This document shows, piece by piece, positions 37,901 to 51,900 of a stretch of DNA of 64,000 nt. The stretch spans positions 2,914,001 through 2,978,000 of the forward strand of contig NC_086097.1 in NCBI RefSeq assembly GCF_963921235.1. Direction: 5' to 3'. The position numbers and the translations under genes are program-made. This DNA is from Mobula hypostoma (Eukaryota). Every line of letters starts with the position of its first letter. Positions within the stretch are counted from its first letter, which is position 1. The notes under the pieces were generated by a model. The model did no database searches. It saw only the letters and a list, made by a program, of their open reading frames with translations, and was not told the DNA's origin.

Positions 37901-40900
37901 CTTTGACAGTTGACCATGATGAGATTAATAAATCCTTTCAAGAATTTTATACCTCCTTACATCAATCAGAATTTCCTGATGACTCCACTATAATGCATGA
38001 ATTTTTAAAGAAATTGAATATTCCAAAATTGTCACCTAATTGAACGTTCAAAATTAGATGTACCTATTACAGTAGAGGAAATAAAGAATGCTATTTTTTC
38101 AATGAACTCAGGTAAAGCACCTGGCCCAGACGGATATACAGTAGAATTTTTAAAATTTTTCTCTACTACACTGACTCCTTGGCTATATAGTGTTTTTAGG
38201 GATGCAGGTAAATTACCACAATCTTTTTATCGAGCTTCTATTTCCCTAATTCTTAAAAAAGATAAGAACCCTACTGAATGTGCATCTTATAGGCCTATAT
38301 CTTTGCTGAATGTAGATTCTAAGAATTTTTCTAAAATATTGGCAATGAGATTGGTGAATGTATTACCTCAAATTATTTCTGCTGATCAGACTGGATTTAT
38401 TAAAAATCGTTACTTTTTTTAATATTAGGAGATTAATGAATATTGTTCAGATTATAAAGACACGCAGTCCTCTTTAATTGTCACTTAGTAATGCATGCAT
38501 TAAGAAATGATACAATATTTCCTCCGGTGTGATATCACAAAACACAGGACAGACCAAGATGGAAAAAACTGACAAAACCACATAATTATAACATATAGTT
38601 ACAACAGTGCAACAATACCATAACTTGATGAAGAAGTCCATGAGCATAGTAAAAGTTCAAAGTCTCTCAAATGTCCCACATCTCACGCAGACGGGAGAAG
38701 GAAGGAAAACCCTCCCTGCCATGCCGACCACAATCTGTCTCTGAGTCATCCGAAAACTTCGAGCCTCCGAATCAGCTCTCCGACACCGAGTACTGAGCGC
38801 CACCTCTGTCTGAACGATTCGACCTCAATCTCGGTCACCAACTGCAGGCAAAGCCGGGGATTTTGAGGCCTACCCTCTGGAAGATTCCCGACCGTGCAGT
38901 AACGACAGCAGCGAACGGGCATTTCAGAAATTTCTCCAGATGTTCCTCTGTGCTTTCATGTCCCTCTCCATCAAATCAGAATTGGCCACGGCCCCTATTT
39001 AACAGATACGATATCATTTTTCACCGGAGGGCTGCGCACGCGCGGCACGCTGCTCTCTCTCCTCCCGCCTTCACCCAGAATTCCAAAATGTGTTATTTCA
39101 TTGGATGCTGAGAAAGCTTTTGACAGAGTTGAATGGACATATTTACTTAACACCCTTGAGAAATTTAATTTTAGTTCGATATTTATATCTTGGATTAAAC
39201 TGATATATCTCACCCCTTTGGCTTCGGTATTTACTAACAATCAAAGATCCGCTCTCTTCCATCTACTCCGTGGTACTAGGCAGGGTTGTCCTCTTAGTCC
39301 ACTACTATTCGATGTTGCCTTGGAACCGCTAGCTATTGCCATTCGTTACTCCCCTAATATATTTGGTATTACCCGTGGAAATGAGACTCATAAATTATCA
39401 CTATATGCAGATGATCTACTATTATATATTTCTAACCCAGGAAAATCTATTCCAGCAGTATTAACTTTGCTTGCTCAGTATAGTAGTTTTTCTGGTCATA
39501 AACTGAACCTAGGTAAGAGTGAACTCTTTCAATTAAATATGCAGGGTCCCACTTATAGAAATTCTCCATTTAGAGTGACTAATTATTTTACTTATTTGGG
39601 TGTTAAAATTACTAAGAGACATAAGGATCTATTCAATTTCAACCTTTTACTGTTAATTAATCGGGTTAAACAACTGATTACTAAGTGGTCCCCATGTCTC
39701 TATCATTGATTGGCCGAATCAATGCTATTAAAATGATTATTTTACCTAAATTTTTATATTTATTTCAAACGATACCAATTTTTATTCCTAAATCCTTTTT
39801 TGATACGATTGATTCTAAAATTTCCTCTTGTATATGGCAAAATAAAAATCCCAGATTAAGTAAAAAATTACTTACAGAAATCTAAGAAAGAGGGTGGTTT
39901 GGCATTGCCTAACCTACGATTTTACTATTGGGCAATTAATATTCGATATTTAATATTTTGGACGCAAGATTGGAATATAACTCCAAGCCCACATTGGGTA
40001 AACCTTGAAGGCCACTCTGTACAGGGGTTTTCTTTAGCTTCCATTTTAGGAACTTCACTTCCTTTTGTACTATCTAAATTGAATAAACAAATGTTTAACC
40101 CTATAGTTAAACATACATTGCGAATATGCTTTCAATTTCGTAAATTTTTTGGCCTGAATGAATTTATGTTATCAAGTCCTATTACATCTAATTTCTTTTT
40201 TCAACCCTCTGTAATGGAGCAAGCCTTTCTGATATGGAAAACGAAAGGTATAATATGTTTTCATGACTTATTTCTGGATAACTGTTTTATGTCTTTTGAG
40301 CAGTTATCTAAGAAATTTGACTTGCCTGGATCCCATTTTTTTTTTAGATACTTACAAGTAAGAAATTTTTTAAATACTATGTTGCCTACCTTTCCGACTT
40401 CAAATCCTACTGATATTATTGATAAAATTTTAAGTTTAAATTCTTCTCAGAAGCGATTAATAGCAATTATTTATGATATAATTATGAAATTACAGCCAGG
40501 TATATCTGATAAAATTAAAAATGAATGGGAAAGGGAACTTCAACTTTGTCTACCTATAGAGAAATGGGATAAAGTTTTTCAATTAGTTAGTACTACTTCT
40601 ATATGTGCTAAACATACATTAATACAATTTAAAGTAGTACATAGAGCCTATATGTCCAAAGATAAATTAGCTTGTTTTTATTCCCATATAAACCCCGCTT
40701 GTGACAGATGTCACTCTGAGGTGGCTTCTTTAACTCATATGTTTTGGTCCTGTCCTCTTTTGGAAAAATATTGGAAAGATATTTTTGATATTATTTCAAT
40801 AGTTCTATGTTTTGATTTAAAACCCCATCCTATTATGGCAATTTTTGGATTGCCAATGGTTGAACATAGATCTTTGTCTTCTTCAGCCTGGCGGATGATA

Positions 40901-41453
40901 GCATTTGTTACTTTAATGGCTAGAAGATCTATTTTGTTGAACTGGAAAGAAATCAATCCTCCTACTACATTCCAATGATTTTCTCAAACTATATTAAGTT
41001 TAAATTTAGAAAAAATTAGAAATGATATTTTTGATCCTTCGGTTAAATTTGAAGAAACTTGGAAACATTTTATGCAACATTTCCATATGATGTAATCTGA
41101 CCTTTCCGAATCTTTTTTTTAACTTAAATTATATGAATAGAGGAGCGGAGTTGATGACATTACTGAATGTGTCTGATTCAAGATATTGGTCTAGCCCTGT
41201 TTTGTTCTGTTCTTTTTTGGGTTTTTTTTTCTTTTTCTTTTGGGAATTTTTCTTTGTGTGTATATATATATATATATATTTATTTTCTTTTTTTATGACT
41301 AATTTCATTATGAGTTTAGAAGTCTATTATACCTACGTTACTTAAAATCCTTTTTGTATATGCTGATTAAGATTATTCCAATCTCCTTGTACCAACTTTG
41401 TTATTGAGTTTATAATTTTGAAAATTAATAAAATGGTTTATAAAGAAGGAAAA
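34995..41453 (+). mobile_element. Full-length decayed L1-clade LINE inserted in a CR1 3' fragment
   Basis: ORF1 remnants (LDRAHR, RPIIIRFHY), APE endonuclease (SWNTNGL, VQETH, GGDFN), RT (GTRQGCPLSPLLF, LYADD), C-terminal CDRC..HMFWSC, aataaa tail; many stops and frameshifts. Confidence 0.9.
38449..39070 (-). mobile_element. CpG-rich non-autonomous retroposon inserted in L1 ORF2
   Basis: Interrupts L1 between LMNIV and PKCVISLDAEKAF; its 3' end matches 25550-25710 (aataaa..ggactgcgtgtcctcataatct). Confidence 0.6.
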
Positions 41454-41454
41454 G

Positions 41455-42350
41455 AGGAGGAATTTCTTTAGCCAGAGTGGTGAATCTGTGTAATTCGTTA
41501 ACACAGGTAGATGTGAGGCCAAGACTTTGGGTATATTTAAAGCGAAGGTTGTTAGGTTCTTGTTGGAAAGTATATAGTCATGCATTTTGGTGGAAGAAAT
41601 TAATGAGCAGACTATTATTTAGATGGGGAGAGAATTCAAAATGCAGACTTGGGAGTCCTTGTGCAGGATGCCCGAAAGGTTAACCTCCAGGTTGAGTCAG
41701 TAGTGAAGAAGGCGAATGCAATGTTGACATTCATTTCTAGAGGTATAGAATATAAGAACAGGATGTGATGTTGAGGCTTTATAAGGCACTCGTGAGACCA
41801 CACTTAGAGAATTGTGTGCAGTTTTAGGCTCCTTATTTTAGAAAGGATATACTGACATTGGAGAGGGTTCAGAGAAGATTCACGAGAATGATTCCAGGAT
41901 TAAAAGGGTTACCGTATGAGTAACGTCTGGCAGCTCTTGGGCTGTATTCCCTGGAGTTCAGGAGAATGAGGGGGGATCTCATAGAAGTACTCCGAAAGTT
42001 AAAAGGCCTGAATAGATTAGATATGGCAAAGTTATTTTGCATGGTAGGGGTTTCTAGGACAAGAGGGCACGACCTCAGGATTGAAGGACATCCACTTAGA
42101 ACTGAGATGCAGAGAAATTACTTTAGCCAGAGGGTGGTAAATCTGTGGAATTTGTTGCCACGAGCGGCTGTGGAGGCCAAGTCATTGGGTGCATTTAAGG
42201 CAGAGATAGATTAGCCAGGGCATCAAAGGGTATGGGGAGAAGGCAGGGGAGTGGGGATGACTGGAAGAATTGGATTAGCCCATGATTGAATGGTGGAGCA
42301 GACTCGATGAGCCAAATGGCCAACTTCTGCTCCTGTATCTTACGGTTTTA
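41455..42350 (+). mobile_element. CR1 LINE 3' fragments
   Basis: SRTRGHDLRI, FSQRVVNLWNLLP, CR1 tail. Confidence 0.8.
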
Positions 42351-42605
42351 TAGGTTGTTGTAGCCAGGGGTAGTAATGGGGTAAATTCCCACTACTTATT
42401 AAATGCTCCCATTAGCATGCACCTCAAATAGCCTCTGACAACCAAATCCAGCTCCTGGCCTTCACTTGTAGCTCAGCTGCTAAGCTTGTGCAACTGTTTC
42501 TTCTGACATGAGAAGGGGCAAAAGTTGTTACTGGTACCTTAAAACCAGTCACTTTGAGCAGATGGGGAAGGAAAGTTGTGTCAAAACTCACTGCCTTGGC
42601 ACTAT

Positions 42606-45600
42606 ACTTGAATCCTAGGGGGACCAATATCCTGGCAGGGAGATTAGCGGAGGCTACTGAGGTGACTTTAAACTAGAATGGTTGGGGGGTGGGAATCAAA
42701 TTAAAGAGGCTAGGCGTGAGGAGGTTAGTTCACAACAGAGGGATGGGAACCAGTGCAGAGAGACAGAGGGGTGTAAAGTGAGCGTAGAAGCAAAAAGTAC
42801 TAAGGAGAAAAGTAAAAGTGGCAGGCCGACAAATCCAGGGCAAGCATTAAAAAGGGCCACTTTTCAACATAATTGTATAAGGGCTAAGAAGGTTGTAAAA
42901 GAGCGCCTGAAGGCTTTGTGTGTCAGTGCAAGGAGCATTCGTAATGAGGTGGATGAATTGAAAGTGCAGATTGTTATTAATGATTATGATGTAGTTGGGA
43001 TCACAGAGACATGGCTCCAGGGTGACCAGGGATGGGAGCTCAACGTTCAGGGATATTCAATATTCAGGAGGGATAGACATGAAGGAAGGGGAGGTGGGGT
43101 GGCGTTGCTGGTTAAAGAAGAGATTAACGCAATAGAAAGGAAGGACATAAGCCGGGAAGATGTGGAATCGATATGGGTAGAGCTGCGTAACACTAAGGGG
43201 CAGAAGACGCTGGTGGGAGTTGTGTACAGGCCACTTAACAGTAGTAGTGAGGTCGGAGATGGTATTAAACAGGAAATTAGAAATGTGTGCAATAAAGGAA
43301 CATCAGTTATAATGGGTGACTTCAATCTACATGTAGATTGGGTGAACCAAATTAGTAAAGGTGCTGAGGAAGAGGATTTCTTGGAATGTATGCGGGATGG
43401 TTTTTTGAACCAACATGTCGAGGAACCAACTAGAGAGCAGGCTATTCTGGACTGGGTTTTGAGCAATGAGGAAGGGTTAATTAGCGATCTTGTCGTGAGA
43501 GGCCCCTTGGGTAAGAGTGACCATAATGTGGTGGAATTCTTCATTAAGATGGAGAGTGACATAGTTAATTCAGAAACAAAGGTTCTGAACTTAAAGAGGG
43601 GTAACTTTGAAGGTATGAGACGTGAATTAGCTAAGATAGACTGGCAAATGACACTTAAAGGATTGACGGTGGATATGCAATGGCAAGCATTTAAAGGTTG
43701 CATGGATGAACTACAACAATTGTTCATCCCAGTTTGGCAAAAGAATAAATCAAGGAAGGTAGTGCACCCGTGGCTGACAAGAGAAATTAGGGATAGTATC
43801 AATCCAAAGAAGAAGCATACAAATTAGCCAGAGAAAGTGGCTCACCTGAGGACTGGGAGAAATTCAGAGTTCAGCAGAGGAGGACAAAGGGCTTAATTAG
43901 GAAGGGGAAAAAAGATTATAAGAGAAAACTGGCAGGGAACATAAAAACGGACTTAAAAGCTTTTATAGATATGTAAAAAGGAAAAGACTGGTAAAGACAA
44001 ATGTAGGTCCCCTGCAGACAGAAACAGGTGAATTGATTATGGGGAGCAAAGACGTGGCAGACCAATTGAATAATTACTTTGGTTCTGTCTTCACTAAGGA
44101 GGACATAAATAATCTTCCAGAAATAGTAAGGGACAGAGGGTCCAGTGAGATGGAGGAACTGAGCGAAATACATGTTAGTAGGGAAGTGGTGTTAGGTAAA
44201 TTGAAGGGATTGAAGGCAGATAAATCCCCAGGGCCAGATGGTCTGCATCCTCGAGTGCTTAAGGAAGTAGCCCAAGAAACAGTGGATGCATTAGTAATAA
44301 TTTTTCAAAACTCGTTAGATTCTGGACTAATTCCTGAGGATTGGAGGGTGGCTAATGTAACCCCAGTTTTTAAAAAAGGAGGGAGAGAGAAACCAGGGAA
44401 TTATAGACCGGTTAGCCTAACGTTGGTGGTGGGGAAACTGCTGGAGTCAGTTATCAAGGATGTGATAACAGCACATTTGGAAAGCAGTGAAATGATCGGA
44501 CAAAGTCAGCATGGATTTGTGAAAGGAAAATCATGTCTGACGAATCTCATAGAATTTTTTGAGGATGTAACTAGTAGAGTGGATAGGGGAGAACCAGTGG
44601 ATGTGGTATATTTGGATTTTCAAAAGGCTTTTGACAAGGTCCCACGCAGGAGATTAGTGTGCAAACTTAAAGCACACGGTATTGTGGGTAAGGTATTGGT
44701 GTGGGTGGAGAATTGGTTAGCAGACAGGAAGCAAAGAGTGGGCATAAACGGGACCTTTTCAGAATGGCAGACGGTGACTAGTGGGGTACCGCAAGGCTCA
44801 GTGCTGGGACCCCAGTTGTTTACAATATATATTAATGACTTGGCTGAGGGAATTAAATGCAGCATCTCCAAGTTTGCGGATGACACGAAGCTGGGTGGCA
44901 GTTTTAGCAGTGAGGAGGATGCTAAGAGGATGCAGGGTGACTTGGATAGGTTGGGTGAGTGGGCAAATTCATGGCAGATGCAATTTAATGTGGATAAATG
45001 TGAAGTTATCCACTTTGGTGGCAAAAATAGGAAAACAGATTATTATCTGAATGGTGGCCGATTAGGAAAAGGGGAGGTGCAACGAGACCTGGGTGTCATT
45101 ATACACCAGTCATTGAAAGTGGGTATGCAGGTACAGCAGGCGGTGAAAAAGGCGAATGGTATGCTGGCATTTATAGCGAGAGGATTCGAGTACAGGAGCA
45201 GGGAGGTACTACTGCAGTTGTACAAGGCCTTGGTGAGACCACACCTGGAGTATTGTGTGCAGTTTTGGTCCCCTAATCTGAGGAAAGACACCTTTGCCAT
45301 AGAGGGAGTACAAAGAAGGTTCACCAGATTGATTCCTGGGATGGCAGGACTTTCATATGAAGAAAGACTGGATGAACTGGGCTTGTACTCGTTGGAATTT
45401 AGAAGATTGAGGGGGGACCTGATTGAAACGTATAAGATCCTAAAGGGATTGGACAGGCTAGATGCAGGAAGATTGTTCCCGATGTTGGGGAAGTCCAGAA
45501 CGAGGGGTCACAGTTTGAGGATAGAGGGGAAGCCTTTTAGGACCGAGATTAGGAAAAACTTCTTCACACAGAGAGTGGTGAATCTGTGGAATTCTCTGCC

Positions 45601-45811
45601 ACAGGAAACAGTTGAGGCCAGTTCATTGGCTATACTTAAGAGGGAGTTAGATATGGCCCTTGTGGCTACGGGGGTCAGGGGGTATGGAGGGAAGGCTGGG
45701 GCGGGGTTCTGAGTTGGATGATCAGCCATGATCATAATAAATGGCGGTGCAGGCTCGAAGTGCCGAATGGCCTACTCCTGCACCTATTTTCTATGTTTCT
45801 ACGTTTCTGTA
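42606..45811 (+). mobile_element. Young CR1 LINE: ORF1 tail plus nearly intact ORF2 (APE endonuclease and RT)
   Basis: HLNPRGTNILAG (SGNH-like ORF1 end); ORF 42682-43827 (GITETW, MGDFN, SDHN); ORF 44033-45712 (RT); tttctatg tail; candidate TSD CACTAT at 42600-42605 and 45812-45817. Confidence 0.92.
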
Positions 45812-46764
45812 CACTATCATGGCTTTTGTTAAATCTGAAGAAAAATCCAGAGCTGGAGTCCCTAAGGCAGTCCTACGTTGAGTTCAACGCCAGCTGGCAA
45901 CCCTTGCAACACCACTGGTGCCAAACTGTATCATTCTCTGCTGTTCCTTTGGATTCATCAGTTGTTTGAAGAGGGGAAGCCTGCTGCCTGGGTAACAGCT
46001 CGCTCTCCATATCGTACTGCCCTGGCTTCCATGTCAGATGTAGACAGCTAGGACGGAACACTCCTGGCTGATGTCTGCCAACGGAGGACCCTCATTCCTC
46101 GGTCCTGTGAATGCAGTATGTTTATTGATTAGATCTACGTCTTTATCTGCATCAAGCCTACTGGATATTCCTGCAGACACAGCTTCGTATTTATGATTGT
46201 CAAGTGCTCTGAAAGTCTGTATGGAATTCATACATAACCTTCAGAATCAGAATCAGGTTTAATATCACTGGTGAATGTCGTGGAGCTTCCTGTTTTGTGG
46301 CAGCAGTACAGGGCAATACATAATAGAAACTATAAATTACAGTAAGTGTATGTACTGTAGATAGTGTATGTATATATGGTGTATGTCCTTCCTCCCAGAT
46401 GGTAGCATTGAGAAGACAGCATGTCCTGGGTGATGGCAGGGGTTCCAAACCTTTTTTTAATCCCATGGACTGCTACCATTATCTGGGGTGTCCGTGGACC
46501 CCAGTTTGGGAACCCTTGGGTTATGGGATATTTGATGAGATGATTCATCTCTTCATTCACTTTCAAAAGGCGGTTCCTCGAAAAGGTGGCATCCATCATT
46601 AAGACCCCCCCATCACCCAGGGTATGCCCTCTTTTCATTGCTATCTTCAAGGACAAGGTGTAGGAGCCTGAAGACAGACGCTCAATGTTTCACGAACAGC
46701 TTCTTTCCTTCCACATCTGATATCTAAGTCAATGACCAAAGAAAAGTGGGTGTGACAATGGAGA

Positions 46765-47416
46765 CAACAGGAATTCTGCAGATGCTGGAAATTCAAGCAA
46801 CATACATCAAAGTTGCTGGTGAACGCAGCAGGCCAGGCAGCATCTCTAGGAAGAGATGAGAGAACTCTATTGTTTTGGCCAGCATTGCTGATAAGGTCTC
46901 TCCTTTAACCCCCGAACAGAGCGAGCCGCTGAGAAAGCTAATTAACCGGCACACACACGTATGTCCAGATGTCCTGGGGCGATGCAAGAGCCGGGACATG
47001 GTGTTGTTGACACATCAGGTCAGCCTAGTAAGCAACGCCCCTATAGGATGATTAATTCAGTGACAAAAGGGCTAAGGAACACAGAAGCGTATATTGACGA
47101 TTTAGTGGTCTGGAGTGACACGTGGGAGGAGCACATTGTGGCAGTAGAGGATCTGCTATCCAATAGTGGTAGAAGACAGAATATCTGGGGAAACAACAGG
47201 AATTCTGCAGATGCTGGAAATTCAAGCAACACACATCAAAGTTGCTGGTGAACGCAGCAGGCCAAGCAGCATCTATAGGAAGAGGCGCAGTCGACGTTTC
47301 AGGCCGAGACCCTTCGTCAGGACTAACTGAAGGAAGGGTCTCGGCCTGAAACATCGACTGCGCCTCTTCCTATAGATGCTGCTTGGCCTGCTGCGTTCAC
47401 CAGCAACTTTGATGTA
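46765..47416. mobile_element. Penelope-like composite: partial terminal repeat, Gypsy pol fragment, terminal hairpin
   Basis: 14-bp TSD TGTGACAATGGAGA (46751-46764, 47417-47430); internal TEAYIDDLVVWSDTWEEHI RT motif. Confidence 0.75.
47289..47324 (-). ncRNA. Minimal type I hammerhead ribozyme motif (Penelope-associated)
   Basis: Minus strand AGUC-CUGACGA-AGGGUCUCGGCCU-GAAA-CG-UC-GACU: intact core, helix I AGUC/GACU, short helix II, palindromic ACGU in place of helix III. Confidence 0.75.
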
Positions 47417-47679
47417 TGTGACAATGGAGAAGTATTTTCATATGAGTGTTTGGCAAATCTGCTGAACAAAATCATTTTTAACCTGTTGAACTTTCCATGA
47501 ATTTGCAATCTAAAGTGAATTGAAATGAGAAAGTATTTAAACCATATTGTTGATTTGATTTTGAAAAAGAAGAAAATACTATTTTTTTTGCAAAATGATG
47601 CCCGATTGATTACGTGTTCTCTTCAATTCAGCAATCCCCTGTTCCATCAGATATTACATACATGATGAAAGGAAAGGCT

Positions 47680-48255
47680 TAGTTCAAAAGTTTAAAGTAA
47701 ATTTATTGTCAAAGTACATGTATGTCACCATATTCAACTCTGAGATTCATTTTCTTGATGATCTACTCAATAAATCCATAGAATAATAATCATAACAGAA
47801 TCAATGAAAGACCGCCCAACCAGTGTGAAAAAGACAACAAATTGTGCAAGTAGAAAAAGAAAGAAATGATAATAATAACTAAGCTATAAATATCTCGCAC
47901 ATGAGACAAAGAGCCCTTGACAGTGAATTCCTTGGTTATGGGAACATTTCAATGATGATACAACTGAAGTTGAGAGATGTTATCCCTTGTGGTTCATGAT
48001 CCTGATGGTTGAGCGGTAATAACTGTTCCTGAACCTGGTAGTGTGGGTCTTGAGGGTTCTGAACCTTCTTCCTGATGGTAGCAGCAAAAAGAGAGCGTGA
48101 CTTGAGTGGTGGGGGGTCCCTGATGATGGATGCTGCTTTCCTGTGACAACACTCCAAGTAGTGTATTCGATGGGTGGGAGGGCTTTACCCATGATGTACT
48201 GGGCCAAATCCATTACCTTTTGTAGGATTTTCCGTTTAAAGGCATTTGTGTTTAA
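47680..48255 (-). mobile_element. Rex1/Babar 3' fragment (similar tails at 2090-2385, 8375-8700, 32745-33030)
   Basis: LLPSGRRFRTLKTHTTRFRNSYY and (ctttgaa)-like tail. Confidence 0.75.
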
Positions 48256-48960
48256 GCTAATCAACTGCTATCGTTTGTGAGAGCATCCCAGGATTTAATT
48301 GTGTGTGTGTTTATTTTGTTCGATGCCCTGTATCCTGTTACCAAGTGATTGGAAATATTAAAATGTTTATCATCTCCATTCCAGAGCAGGGAAGATGAAA
48401 AGTATTCTTCCCAGTGGGGATGATCTTAATTGTTCTACGTGAACACTAATTTGAGTTTAAGTGAAATATGTAGAGAAAATTCCATTAAAAATTAAATATC
48501 CTGAAACATTTGTTAGCTTAGCAAGATTAAAGAAAAATGTCAGCAACTTGTTTTTAGAATTTATACCTTTAGTGCAAGTTTTGTATATACTGTAAACCTT
48601 TCTTTCTTTCTTTTTAACTCTTTTTATTGAGTAAGTATACAAAAAAGGTAAGCCATATAAACATTAATACAATGTTAAAGTATAATAAAATTCCAAAAGA
48701 TAACAATACCAAAAAGAAAATACTACAAACAATGTAATTTAAGCATAAGAAACCAAGATAACAAAATAGTATACTAGATTTTATATATATCAATGGAAAA
48801 AAAGAAAAAAAAAACCCCCCAAAAAAAACCCACCGTGCAGCTAACTAAAAGCAAAGCAAAGCAATGGGCTAACTTGAAACCAAACAGAGTTAAACTTAAA
48901 ATCACGTCCTCAATCCCGACCTCCATTAAAACAGTGAAAAAAAAACAAGAAGGGTAAATA

Positions 48961-51900
48961 TTACATTAAATGAAAATATCGAATAAAAGGTCCCCAAATC
49001 TGTTCAAATTTAAATGAAGAATCATAAAGGTTACTTCTAATTTTCTCCAAATTCAAACATAAAATCGTCTGAGAAAACCAAAAAAAGGTAGTTGGAGCAT
49101 TAAGCTCTTTCCAATGTTGTAAAATACATCTTTTCGCCATTAAAGTAAGAAATGCAATCATTCTACGGGCTGAAGGGGAAAGATTACTAGAAATTTTAGG
49201 TAGTCCAAAGATAGCAGTAATAGGGTGAGGAGAGATATCTATATTTAATACCTTAGAAATAATATTGAAAATATCTCTCCAAAAAGTTTCCAAAGTAGGG
49301 CAAGACCAAAACATATGAGTTAAAGAGGCTATCTGCCCCGAACATCTATCACAGAAAGGATTAATATGCGAGTAAAAACGCGCTAACTTATCTTTGGACA
49401 TATGTGCTCTATGAACCACTTTAAATTGAATTAGGGAATGTTTAGCACAAATAGAGGAAGTATTAACTAATTGTAAAATCTGCCCCCAATCATCCACAGA
49501 AATGGTAAGCCCCAATTCCTGTTCCCAATCTACCCTAATCTTATCAAATGGAGCTTTCCTAAGTTTCATAATAATATTATAAATCATAGCCGATGCACCT
49601 TTCTGACATGGATTAAGGTTAATTATCGAATCTAAAATATATATAGGAGGAAGCATTGGAAAGGAAGAAAGTATAGTACTTAGGAAATTTCTAACTTGTA
49701 AATATCTAAAAAAATGTATTCTTGATAAGTTATATTTATTAGATAATTGTTCAAAAGACATAAGGGAACCATCTAAAAATAAATCCAAAAACCGTAAAAT
49801 ACCCTTAGTCTTCCAAGTTTGAAAAGCGCGATCCGTAAAAGAGGGAGGAAAAAATATGTTACCTAAAATAGGAATCGCTAACCCGAATTGATTAAGATCA
49901 AAAAATTTTCTGAATTGAAACCAAATACGCAAAGCATATTTAACGATCGGGTTAGAGACCTGCTTAAGGCGTTTCGAATCAAAAGGAAGAGAGGAACCTA
50001 AAATAGAACCAAGTGTATAACCCTGAACAGATTGTAATTCCAATGCTACCCATTTAGGAATAGATAGTATGTCCCGGTCAAGTAACCAAAATTTCATATG
50101 TCGAATATTAATAGCCCAATAATAAAATCTAAAGTTAGGTAATGCTAAACCTCCATCTCTCTTAGCTTTCTGTAAATGTATTTTACCCAGTCTCGGATTC
50201 TTATTCTGCCAAATAAATGAAGAAATTTTAGAGTCAACTTTATCAAAAAAAGATTTAGGAACGAAAATTGGTAATGCCTGAAACACATATAAAAATTTTG
50301 GCAAAAAAACCATCTTAACTGCATTAATACGACCAATCAAAGTTAAATATAAGGGAAACCATTTAGATGAAAGTTGAGTAATATGGTCTATTAATGGTAA
50401 AAAGTTAGTCTTAAATAAATCTTATGTTTACAAGTAATTTTAATCCCAAGATATGAAAAGTAATTATTAATCAATTTAAATGGAAATTTATAATATAAGG
50501 GAAGATGTTTATTAATCGGAAAAAGTTCACTCTTACTAAGATTTAATTTATAACCTGAGAAAAGACCAAATTGTGCTAATAACTCTAAAACAGCAGGAAT
50601 AGATCTCTCAGGATTAGAAATATATAAAAGTAAATCATCAGCATAGAGTGATAATTTATGGGACTTTAATCCCCGAGTTATCCCAGTAATATTTGAAGAT
50701 TCTCGAATAGCAATTGCAAGAGGTTCTAATGCAATATCAAATAATAGGGGACTAAGAGGACAGCCTTGTCGAGTACCACGAAAGAGAGGAAAAAAAGGTG
50801 AGTTTAAAGAGTTAGTACGAACCGAGGCTACAGGGGAGTAATATAACAGTTTAATCCAGGATATAAATTTCAAGCTAAAATTAAACATTTCAAGCACCTT
50901 AAATAAATAAGGCCATTCTACTCTATCAAAAGCTTTCTCGGCATCTAAAGAAATAACACACTCAGGAACATTTTGTGAGGGAGTATAAACGATATTTAAC
51001 AATGTACGAATATTATAAAAAGAGTAACGACCTTTAATAAAACCCGTTTGGTCTTCCGAAATAATAGAAGGAAGTACTTTTTCTAGTCTATTTGCTAATA
51101 ACTTAGAAAAAACTTTAGAATCAACATTTAATAAAGATATTGGTCTATAAGATGCACATTGAGCAGGGTCTTTATCCTTCTTTAGTATTAAAGAAATTGA
51201 TGCTCTATTAAAAGATTCCGGAAGTTTACCAAGTTTCAAAGAAGCCTCAAAAACCTTATAGAGCCAAGGAATCAATAAAGAAGCAAAACATTTATAAAAT
51301 TCAACGGTAAACCCATCAGGGCCAGGAGCTTTCCCCAGATTCATAGAAAAAATAACATTCTTAATCTCATCCATTGTAATGGAAGTATCTAATAAGGAAG
51401 ACATATCCTGTGAAATCTGAGGGAAGTCTAACTTATCTAAAAAATCATTCATATATTTAGAATCTCGAGGAGACTCTGATTGATATAAAGAAGAATAAAA
51501 ATCACAAAAGGTTTGATTAATCCCCACATGATCCAATATCAATCGATCATTTTGGTTATAAATCTGATTGATTTGAGATTTAACATAATTAGATTTCAAT
51601 TGATTAGCCAGCAGCTTGCCAATTTTATCACTGTGAACATAAAAATCACTTCTTGTTTTCTTTAATTGGTTTACAATCGAGGACGAGAGTAGTAAACTGT
51701 GTTCCATTTGAAGTTCAGTTCTTTGTTTGTATAGCTCCTCAGAAGGAGCCATAACATATTTCTTATCAATTTCTTTAATCTTGTCCACAATTGCCATCTC
51801 CTCCTGCTTCTGTTTCTTCCTCAAAGCAACGGAATACGAAATAATCTGACCCCGAATATAGGCTTTAAAAGTGTCCCAAAGAGTGTTAACCGAAATATCT

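Noticed and set aside
43047..45735. Long minus-strand ORFs over CR1
   Set aside because: Antisense shadows of CR1 ORF2 with no independent motifs
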